From contig JARFOE010000115.1 of assembly GCA_031763465.1 (NCBI GenBank), positions 9,825,473 to 9,884,511 of the forward strand: a stretch of 59,039 nt of DNA. The letters are read 5' to 3'. This DNA comes from Squatina squatina (taxonomy: Eukaryota). Below, in pieces: positions 12,404 through 22,044 of this stretch. Every line of letters begins with the position of its first letter. Within the stretch, counting starts at the first letter, position 1. The notes under the pieces were generated by a model that was given only the letters and a program-made list of their open reading frames with translations, had not been told where the DNA came from and did not search any database. The position numbers and the translations under genes were made by a program.

Positions 12404-12476
12404 CGGGTAAGAACAAAACGGTTAGAACCACAGTAGCCAGGATCAAAGAGAATATGTTCCCCTTTGTGCAGCCCAT
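12404..12476 (-). CDS. and1/and2-like: Actinodin signal-peptide exon
   Basis: MGCTKGNIFSLILATVVLTVLFLP plus phase-1 donor (G|GTGAG, GT at 12402-12403). Upstream acceptor ttttccacag at 12506-12507 implies a non-coding exon 1. The intermediate exon(s) presumably lie in the gap at 10635-10734. Confidence 0.75.
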
Positions 12477-12683
12477 CTTAACCTATATTTTAACACCTGT
12501 ATATACTGTGGAAAAACATAATAAAAGATGTGTTTAATTGCCTCTTGTGATGTCGAGTGCAAATTGATGGCACATTTCCATGTNNNNNNNNNNNNNNNNN
12601 NNNNNNNNNNNNNNNNNNNNNNNNNNNNNNNNNNNNNNNNNNNNNNNNNNNNNNNNNNNNNNNNNNNNNNNNNNNNNNNNNNN

Positions 12684-12950
12684 GACCTTTCAGGAGTGAA
12701 ATTAGGAAACACTTCTACACACAAAGGATGGTAGAAGTTTGGAACTCTCTTCCGCAAATGACAATTGATGCTAGAACAATTGTTAATTTTAAACCTGAGA
12801 TTGATAGCTTTTTGCTAACCAAAGGTATTAAGGGATATGGGCGAAAGGAGGGTATATGGAGTTAGGTCACGGATCAGCCATGATCTCATTGAATGGTGGA
12901 ACAGTCTCGAGGGTTCAATGGCCTACTCCTGTTGCTAAGTTCCTATGTTC
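12684..12950 (+). mobile_element. CR1 LINE 3' end
   Basis: PFRSEIRKHFYTQRMVEVWNSLPQ...FKPEIDSFLL, followed by the 3' UTR tail ggcctactcctg...cctatgttc. Confidence 0.85.
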
Positions 12951-13569
12951 CACTTTTTTCATTCATCATGAAAAATCTTAAACAGAGAAGAACACTCAAT
13001 CCATTTATTCATTTCATGAATTTAGGTTGCAGCAATACAGTTTTATACGCTCTCTTCCCAGGACTTGCTTGCCCTTTATCACCGATTAATATGCACAAGC
13101 TGCATTCACAGCATATTCCAGTGAGGAAAATTGGGAAATCTCTTTCTGTAATTTCCCTTCATTTGTATAGTATTCTTGCTTTTAATGAATCCGGCCAATG
13201 GCTAGAAAATCTATCCTATATATTTCTAATTGGCTGTTTTTTGATGGTAGAATCACAAGTCTGATGATCTCAATGCCAGATAAGGAATTCCCCTCACTTA
13301 AAAAAAGCTATAAACCTTTCTGCGGTTGCTGCTGGGTTTTGCAATCCCAGTGCAAATAAAATGTCAAATATTGTTAAAATGGTGCACAAGTCTGAAGTTT
13401 CAAACTGTATAGCACTCTCAGTTCTGGTCACTGCAGCACATGGGAAACATCCAAGCCCTGGAAGGGTTGCACAGAAGGATGATGGGACTTCCCTATTATC
13501 AGAGGAAAAGATGCAAGTGAGAGAAGACCTTATACAAGATACTAAGTGGCACAGAAAAAGGTTACCATG

Positions 13570-13815
13570 AGCACTATTCCACATTAAAAACCATGACTGC
13601 CGAGCAAAGGGGACACAGGTGCAAACTGGTAAAAAGGAAGTCCAGGACTAACGTCAGGAAGCACTTCTTCACAGAGTGATCAATATTTGGAATGGTCTTC
13701 CAAGTAGGGTAATGGAGGCAAACGGAAATGTTTTAGGAGGCAGCTGGATATTGTGAGGGAGCTGAGCATTGGCTCCTATGGAAAGATGAGACAGATGAGC
13801 TGAATTGTCTCTCTC
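13570..13815 (+). mobile_element. Degenerate CR1 3' fragment
   Basis: ggggacacagg...aggaagcacttcttcacagagtgatcaatatttggaatggtcttcc corresponds to RGH...RKHFFTQRV..WNxLP. Confidence 0.65.
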
Positions 13816-14453
13816 ATCTGTACTTATTTTTGTGGATATACTCAAAAGGTGTGCATTTAGCATCTGAGTCAAACACCAGGCGAAAATTAGAAACCTCCAC
13901 AATAAGTTTAATACACTTCACAGCTCTGTAATATTCCCAGCACCTATTTTTGAACAAAACATATCCTATCCAATCTGTAGGTTTTCACGCACACAACAAT
14001 GATAACGAAGTGGTTTTCTGCCATTAGAATTAAGAGCAGGACTTTACTCAAATAATTATAAGCAACCTCTGTACCCCCCCAGCAGGTGTTTTGCAAAACT
14101 CAACCCTTCAATTAATGTTTAAACTGTGATTAGGATCTGAAAAACCTCAACAAAAATTCTGCATTCATGATGGAATGGCAGGTTTGTTGGTGGGAAAAAA
14201 AGCTGCAACTTCTCTGTACTATCTATTAAAAAAAACACAAGATTTTGTTACATTTACTTTAATAAAATAAATTCACAATTTTAAAACACAAAAAAAAGTT
14301 AACATGGTGATCAGGATTGTAAAATGTGGGCTCTCTGTTTGGAAAATGTCCTGCCGTCAGCATTTGTCCATCGAAAGGCTGCTGGCCATTCTTTTCCGTG
14401 TCTCCATGTTTGAAGATGTAATGTGGTATAGATGGTGAAGTGTGGAAAACGAA

Positions 14454-14491
14454 TCACTGAATATCGTCATCATCAAAGAGGTCTTCAAAAT
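14454..14491 (-). CDS. Candidate terminal exon of a small secreted acidic peptide
   Basis: tttag acceptor next to a gap, then phase-1 (x)FEDLFDDDDIQ*. A candidate ATTAAA polyA signal lies on the minus strand at ~14258-14263. Confidence 0.4.
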
Positions 14492-14675
14492 CTAAANNNN
14501 NNNNNNNNNNNNNNNNNNNNNNNNNNNNNNNNNNNNNNNNNNNNNNNNNNNNNNNNNNNNNNNNNNNNNNNNNNNNNNNNNNNNNNNNNNNNNNNNTGCT
14601 CTCAGCAATGACTTTTCAAGTTTACAGCAGTTTTGAAGTTAAGGAAGTTCCAGAAATAAATGTTATTAAACTTAC

Positions 14676-14727
14676 GTATATTCAAGATGAGAAATATAAA
14701 CAGCCCAATATAGACAAACCACTTCAT
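14676..14727 (-). CDS. Candidate signal-peptide exon of an unnamed small secreted protein
   Basis: ttttacag|TCAAAATG (acceptor 14733-14734, A at -3), MKWFVYIGLFIFLILNI, then a consensus phase-1 donor C|GTAAGT (14674-14675). Confidence 0.55.
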
Positions 14728-15085
14728 TTTGACTGTAAAATAAAAGCATAATAATTAGTCATCCAGTCAGTCTCAGCATCTCCAAATATTTAGCATTGGT
14801 CACAAATTAAACTTTTTATACATAGGGTTTGCAGATAAGTTTGAAAGTATTAAATGAAATCACATTTCATTTACTGATCTAAGCTTGAACTTGCACTTAA
14901 AGACTTCCAAATAAACTTTCAATACGTACATTTTTAGTCAGGGATTGCACTGAATGAGAAAAAAAGGTTTAAACTAAAATTACGCTTCAGACCTTGAATG
15001 TGTGCTTGACTAGCTGTGGGACAAAATGTTTAAATTGGCTCAGTCTAAATTAGAGGAAGTAAACGTCACTTCTCTTGCTCAAAGA

Positions 15086-15095
15086 TTTTTTTATA
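15086..15095 (-). promoter_or_regulatory. Possible TATA box of the small secreted-peptide gene
   Basis: TATAAAA on the minus strand, about 100 bp upstream of a possible non-coding exon donor (gaagc|gtaatt near 14983). AT-rich background makes this weak. Confidence 0.25.
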
Positions 15096-15324
15096 ATGTA
15101 CCCTTTCTATGACTAGGCACGAATATGCTGCCATTTGTGAACAGCCCAGTTCGTTTTACATCTAACAGCGCCCTCTTAAGTTAAAGCTGAAAATGTATTT
15201 TTAAAAGGAGAAAAAAAACCTGTANNNNNNNNNNNNNNNNNNNNNNNNNNNNNNNNNNNNNNNNNNNNNNNNNNNNNNNNNNNNNNNNNNNNNNNNNNNN
15301 NNNNNNNNNNNNNNNNNNNNNNNN

Positions 15325-16031
15325 TATCATTGTGCGGAATGAGAATTCTTCAGTGAAATGTATAGAAAAATGAGCAGACAGGAATAAGGTGCAAGGCAAC
15401 AATACATTGGAGGGGTTTCCAAAGCCACCATAAATCAAAAGAGTGACACGTAAGCACTTAGGAGAGTGCTGCTCAGAATCCACAGATCGCGTTACAGCTT
15501 GGAACCCATTCCAACCCATCTGTTCTTTTATATGAGACAGGCAGCATATGGAATTCCTTTCTGCCCTTATGACTGGTTCCTTACAAGCTGCTAAGTCCCT
15601 CTGTATCTCTCCCAGGTGGGTGCTGTCTGCAACAATGGCATGTTGAAAACAGTGGCAGTTTTCACATTAAATGGTATCACACAGGGGAAGGAGTCCCACT
15701 GAACACTGGGATGTACCTATGTTGTCAATGTTTTGGAGAGGATTTCCTTTGTTAGGTATTTCCATCAAAACCAGGCACATGCTCTTTTTGAATGCAGAAT
15801 GAGGAAACTTGCACTGACTTATCATTACACGCAGCAACCAGAGGAACTTCTACCCCATCTCACTACGTCACGACAGGAATAGGGAGCAGTTATTTTTCTA
15901 CGTTAATATTTTCTACATTATAACAGTGACTACACGGCAAAAGTACCAATGTATTGTTGCCTTGCACCTTATTCCTGTCTGCTCATTCTTCTATACATTT
16001 CACTGAAGAATTCTCATTCCGTACAATGATA
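15325..16031. repeat. Inverted repeat, ~86-bp arms (15325-15410 and 15946-16031)
   Basis: The arms are near-identical reverse complements; both translate as LPCTLFLSAHxSIHFTEEFSFRTMI on opposite strands. Confidence 0.9.
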
Positions 16032-16257
16032 AGCTGTACACGGCAGACTCCCACATCAATAAAGTGCTTTGCTGTAAAGTGTTTTGGGACATCCTGTGGT
16101 CATGGAAGGCGCTATGTAAATGCAAGTCTCTCTTTCTTGATTCATGCTCAGGTAGCTGATCCTTGCAGGAGTGCCCCGACCGAGCATTGTATTTTATGTC
16201 AGCATAATAATTTTTTTCCCCCTTTTAGAATCAGCCATCATTCATGAAGAAAAGGAA

Positions 16258-16333
16258 ATGGAGAACATGGTGCAGAAGCAGACAATGGAATTCTCAGATT
16301 CATTTAATGTTAACATCTTCATACTTTACTCAG
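16258..16333 (+). CDS. Putative leader exon of Ig receptor gene A
   Basis: MENMVQKQTMEFSDSFNVNIFILYS plus phase-1 donor CAG|GTAATG. Splices in frame to VFHLFVVCGA, completing a plausible signal peptide. The start ATG is uncertain. Confidence 0.5.
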
Positions 16334-16836
16334 GTAATGGATGTTAATGGCAGCAACCCATCCTTATGTTTATAAGAAAAGATATTGCTGAGTAATTCAC
16401 ATGTGTAGAAGCAACATTGACCATAGGAACATGCCCACTTACCTAAGCCTGAAGAATGTAGATTCTGATTGAAAGCCCAAGGCTCAGAGACCCCTCCCAA
16501 ATATCCGTATTATCGCTGCTGGAGTTGATACTGCTCCAAACCACGTAGGTGCGCAGCACAGAGAATTTCAGCCTCCACTAACAAGTCAACCCATCTAGCC
16601 CTTACCAAGGAGCCCTTGGCTTAGTTGACAGATTACTGAGTCTGCCACAGAGGATCAAGCTGATTCTAATTTCCCATCTCTGGGTATTTTTTTCTTCAAG
16701 CAAACTCAAGACCAAAAAAGACCCTGGTTACCTACCTTTCTATGCACCCTCACTAGTTATGAATTGATGGTACATTTTGTTGTTCTTAGAGTAGCAGCAA
16801 AAATTGACATGTGAAATCTATGCTTGTGTTTTCCAG

Positions 16837-17196
16837 TATTCCATTTGTTTGTAGTGTGTGGAGCTGAATTGTTTGCCAGACCTGATACCATCACTAACGT
16901 CACTGCAGGAGAGGAGGTCCTGTTCCCGATAGAGCACCAAGGCAAAGACGATCAGTATGATGTAACATTTAGATTGAGATATCCATTGGCCTTTATGATT
17001 TTAGCATGGAAGTCCAGTAATCCGTGGAAACTGCACATCGTACACCCACTGTATGAACACCGAGCTGAAATCCGCGGACATTTGGTGGTGCTGTACAATG
17101 TACAGATTAATGACACTGGGGAATATGAAATACAAATTAATTATGGGGCAGAACTGAAAAACCGGGACCAAAGTACTTTCAGGATGCAAGTATTTG
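16837..17196 (+). CDS. CD2/SLAM-family-like receptor A, Ig V-set exon
   Basis: 360 bp, phase 1-1, ttttccag acceptor and G|GTAAGT donor. NVTAGEEVLFP...ILAWKS...LYEHRAEI...VVLYNVQINDTGEYEIQI lacks the canonical B/F-strand cysteines, as in CD2/SLAM/CEACAM/HEPACAM N-terminal domains. Confidence 0.85.
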
Positions 17197-18254
17197 GTAA
17201 GTGTTCAATACTGGAACTTCTGCTAACTTTCAGGATTGCAGTTCCATTGTAGCATTTACAAAATTCAGTATTTTCATTGAAGCCTGAAAGGGCTCACGGT
17301 GTAAATTGTGTTTGATCACTTTTAAATAGTTTTTGTATGAAGTAAATAACTTGCTACAACCCTTGACTTAATATCAGTAATACAGAATATACTTTTTGCA
17401 TCAACTTATTATATGCAATGTACTTAACAAAAAAAACAAAAAAATTTACTTTAATCATTAATGCCCTTCTGAGTCCACTCATCCAAGCTTGTTCCTGCAG
17501 ACCAGTTTTGTAAGATTTTGCCTCTTGTGCAAACGGAGCAAATGTTGACACAGCCACCAAACATCCTTGAATAAGGGCCTATGACATGGGAAAACAAAGT
17601 TAGCATTTTTGCACCAACAACTTTTTCACATTTACGGTTAGTTGATAGTTTCCCAGTTACAACTGAGCCAAAACCTGTAACCGTGAATAATAAACTCACA
17701 TAACCCTCGGTCACATAACCATTGGGTTTACCAAGTCAGCATGCTGAAACCATACCTTGTCCTTGGCACTGAGGGTGGCATTATAGACTTATTGGCTGAG
17801 AGCAAAGCAAGTTCCTCATGGGGAGGATTAATTTAGCATTTCAGCTATCCCCATTACAAACATAGAATAGGAAAATGCTACACCATTTTCAGTCACTGTT
17901 TTTGGACACACTGGGTTATGTGTAACAGTTGTAGATAAACTAGAGACATGACATTCAGAAACATCTTGAACAAAACCATCTGCATTGCTTATGAGCTGAT
18001 TAACTGCCATTGCTGATACTTGCATTTTATAGAATATCTCATCAGAACTTGGCTAATTAAAGGAAATCGGAAAACTACTTTGCATTGTTTCATTCATTCT
18101 CTGCAGCAGAACAATTCCTTGGGCCAGAACATTATCAATATTAATGATCATACTGTATCAGAAATTTTTGATTGAGGAACATTTTAAAATAAAGAGACAG
18201 GACCGTGTATGAGGGAATGCATCAGACAATACTAAAGCTGGTCCAGTATACGTA

Positions 18255-19340
18255 ACCACGCTGGACCAGTAAACATTTAGCTACAACTTTTGTTGTATGA
18301 ATCTTTCCATCTCTTTCCAAAAAGTGCTATTTGCACATTGCCAAAGTTGATATTTTCCAATGTCATGTTTTACCGTTTGGGGCCTTCCTCACTCATTGGA
18401 ACAATATACTCGCCGGGAATTCCCTCTGGGAATCTCTCAATCAGCTGCCAGGAGTTCGGTGGAACCCACCGTTGACATGTGGAAACGGAGTTTCTGCCAA
18501 ACCTCTGCCAAAGTTACGGCTGCGGACTGGGACAAGCCCGAGGAAATTCCCGCCACAGGTGACAATCCTCGCAGTATGCTACTAAAATATTAATTGTCTT
18601 CAGCATAATGCATCAACTGGATCTGTTAACATCAGGACCTCTCTTATTGGAAGTGCAGCCTTTAAGATTAATCTGTTTAAAACACCAAACAAAAAGGATA
18701 GACTTGCATTTGTGTAGTGGTTTACCANNNNNNNNNNNNNNNNNNNNNNNNNNNNNNNNNNNNNNNNNNNNNNNNNNNNNNNNNNNNNNNNNNNNNNNNN
18801 NNNNNNNNNNNNNNNNNNNNNNNNNNNGCATAGAAGCCACACTGGACCAGTAAACATTTAGTTACAATTTTTGTTGTATGAATATTTTCCATCTCTTTCC
18901 CAAAGCCGCTGTTTGAATATTACCCGAGTTGACATTTTCCAATGTCATGTCTTATCATTTGGGTCCTTCCTCCCTCATTGGAACAACATAATTGCCAGTA
19001 ATTCCCTCTGGGAATCTCTCAATCGGCTGCTGTAACGTTACCAGGATTTCGGTGGAACCCACTGTTGACGCGTGTAAATGGTGTTTCTGCCAAAGGTACG
19101 GCTGCGGAGTGGGAGAAGCCCCGAGGAAATTCCGCCGCAGTTGACAATCCTAGCGGTATGCCTTCAAGAAATCCACTGTCTCTTGCATAATGCATCAACA
19201 GGATGCATTTGTGAACTACAAAAACAATGCATCAGTTAATATCAGGACCTCTATTCTATTGGATCTGCAGGCTTTAAGATTAATCCGTTTAAAACACAAA
19301 ACAAAAAGGATAGACTTGCATTTGTGTAGTGGTTTATCAC
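18255..19340 (+). repeat. Diverged direct duplication of about 480 bp (~18255-18727 and ~18836-19340) in an intron
   Basis: Both copies run from ctggaccagtaaacatttag to aaaaggatagacttgcatttgtgtagtggttta, with many substitutions and indels, separated by an N gap. Confidence 0.85.
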
Positions 19341-19437
19341 ATCTCTCAGAAATGTCTCTCAAGGCATCATATAAAATTAATTACTCTAAAGTGCAATAAC
19401 TATGTTACGTAGGTTAATTATCATCTGTGTATTTCAG

Positions 19438-19719
19438 AACCAGTTTCTCAACCTGTGATAGTGATTCTTGGTAACTGTGTGAGTGCACCAAATATCACTT
19501 TGAGCTGCTCTGTCACCAAAGGAACAAATGTCATAATCCACTGGGAAAAGGTGTCCTTGTCTGGTGTTATCAATGAGACATATGATGGGACAGTGCTTGT
19601 GATAGACTGTGTTACTGAAGAGGAGCAACATGCGTACAGGTGCACAGCAGAAAACCCAGTCAGTAATGCAACCAGCAACAAAGTGACTGCCGACCTACAT
19701 AACTGGACTAATCCCAATG
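19438..19719 (+). CDS. CD2/SLAM-like receptor A, Ig C2-set exon
   Basis: 282 bp, phase 1-1: [38 protein letters not shown]...IDC...[11 protein letters not shown]. The PVSxP...C...W...YxCxAxNPVS pattern is typical of this family. Confidence 0.9.
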
Positions 19720-20302
19720 GTGAGTGATTAGAAAAATGATCTAAATTACAACAGCAACTCTACTTGTAGCTTTCCTTCACAAGAATTCAGCTGAGAATGT
19801 GGAGTGATGATGTTCAAATGAATACATTCCTCTATATCCATGGCTAATACAGCTGCAAAATCTGTCAAATTCTGTAGGTGGGGGGTACAGGCAATATTCA
19901 TCTTATCGAGAGATGGAGTGCCCAACTGCTGCAGGATAATGGAGGCAAATCCACACTGTTATTGCCTGATTCACAAATTCTCCAAATCACAACTTGTACT
20001 ACTTGTTTGTGGGTGTATCTGCACACAGGACCATGTGCTCTGTGTCCATATGCTGCTCCATTCAACAGCAGGTGGAGGATAAAGGAGTTCTTGTATCCAG
20101 TCAGAGCTGACATTTCAACTCATCTCTCTTCATTGGGTGTCAAGTATTTTATTTTTCGAGCTGTCAGTCTGTCCTGTAACCACAAGTTCAAAACTACAAC
20201 TGCATTTTGGGCCAGAAATTTACACCGTTCAAAATAAAGCAAAAGGTAATTAGTGTCTCTGGGAACAGGGAGAGAATCCACTTGCCCTTATTCAGAGAAA
20301 AA

Positions 20303-20738
20303 GAAAAAAGACTTGCATTTGTATAGTGCCTTTTACGACAACCTGATGTCCCAAAGCACTTTACAGCCATTGAGGTACTTTTTGAAGTGTAGTCGCTGTT
20401 GTAATGTAGGAAATGCAGCAGCCAATTTGCGCACAGCAAGCTCCCACAAATGGCCATGTGATACCGACCAGGTAATCACTTTTAGTGATGTTGATTGAGA
20501 ATACATATTGGCGAGGGAACCAGGGATAACTCCCCTGTTCATCTTTGAAATAGTGCCATGGGATCTTTTACATCAACCTGAGTGTTTAGACGGGGCCTTG
20601 TTTTAACGTCTCATCCGAAAGACGGCACATCCAACAGTGCAGCACTGCCTCAGCACTGCACTGGAGTGTCAGCTGAGATTTTGGTGCTCAAGTCGCTGGA
20701 GCGGGACAGAACCCACACCCTTCTGATTTAAAGGCAAG
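20303..20738 (-). mobile_element. tRNA-headed Deu-domain SINE (SacSINE1/AmnSINE-like)
   Basis: Reverse complement of the Deu core (gtgccgtctttcggatgagacgttaa...aaagatcccatggcactatttc) and the tail gcactatacaaatgcaagtcttt. Confidence 0.8.
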
Positions 20739-21059
20739 AGTGGAAGAGGATAGGACCAACCATGGCCTTCCCTTCCCTCGAGTTCTTTCTGATTTCTCAC
20801 CTCAGTCTTAACAGAGACCCGCTCACTGGCCCCACCCCAAACCCCTCCCCTACAAACTAAGGTAGTTTCCCTTAACCCCTCACCTCTTCACCGTCCCCAC
20901 CCCAATTTCTACCTTGGCCCAGTTATTCCCCCTTTCTCTGACCCGGTTTGACCCGAAGCCAGCACTTGGTCTTGATTACTCATGTGTAATACAATGGGAG
21001 ATCAACCCGTGGTTTTGTTAAGAGCAAGTTGTTAATTCTTTTAGGAAGATACTTTGTGT

Positions 21060-21925
21060 ATTAATTAAATAGATGAAATGAATGGGTTTTCAAAAGGCAT
21101 TTGCTAAGTTGCCATGAAGCAAGCTTGTTAATAAAATGCAGGCAAATGGTATTAAAAGGTGGCAGTTTGGAAAACAAGTTGGTTAATGGATACAGAATGG
21201 AGTGTAGTGGTTCATGTTTTTCAGATTGGAGAGTCAGTGGGCTTGGGTACAGAGCTCAAATGTCACAAATTACAGAAACTCAAAAATAGGGAACACGGTT
21301 ACCTTTTAAAAGTGGAGGATAAGTTCATAAAGCTGTAATTTAAAAAAAGCATATGGGATCCTCAGTTTTATAAATATTTTACAGTACAAAAGGAAAGAGA
21401 TAATGCTAAACCTGCACAAATCATTGGTTAGGCCCAAGTTACAATAGTGTGCCCAGTTTGTGCTCCTTACGTTGGGAAAGATGTCACGGGCACAGAGAGG
21501 GTGCAGTGGAGATTCACTAAGATGATACCAGGGATCTGAGATTTTAATTCCAAAGAGACAAAAGAATCTGGAGCTGTTTTCTTTAGAACAAAGCAGGCTA
21601 GAAGATGATTTGACAGAAAAATTCAAAATTATGAAGGATTTTGACATTACATCTGGAATAACTATTTCCGCTCAACAGTAAGGGCATAAACTTATCACCA
21701 AAAGAGTAAAGGGAGAGGTTAGGAGAATTTTATTTTATGCGGTGGGTTTTTCGGATATGGAATGTCTCACCACAAACTGGGGGAAGCAGAATTCAGAATG
21801 GCTTTTAAAAAAGAGGATGAATATGGGAAAAACATGGAAAGGACAGGGGAATGGACTAAGTGGATAATTCTCAGAGAGCTGGCACGAGCATGATGAGCTG
21901 AATGGCCTCCTGCTGTTTCAAAACA
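21060..21925 (+). mobile_element. Degenerate CR1 LINE (RT to 3' end)
   Basis: Decayed ORF2 segments (L(H)KSLVRPKL..CAQF; ERVQWRFTKMIPG; LELFSLEQ..L..DL) and the 3' tail gctgaatggcctcc. Confidence 0.75.
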
Positions 21926-21944
21926 TTCCATAAATCTATTTCAG

Positions 21945-22044
21945 GTAAAAGAAACCATTTGATGGTCCTGCTCCTTGTGGTGTCGTTGATGGCAGTTCTG
22001 GCTTCAGCCATTGTGTATCTCTGCAAAACTCCACAGCAAAAGCG
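21945..22044 (+). CDS. CD2/SLAM-like receptor A, transmembrane exon
   Basis: tttcag acceptor, phase-1 (G)KRNHLMVLLLVVSLMAVLASAIVYLCKTPQQKR, donor CG|GTAAGT. In frame with the C2 exon. Cytoplasmic exon not confidently identified. Confidence 0.8.
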
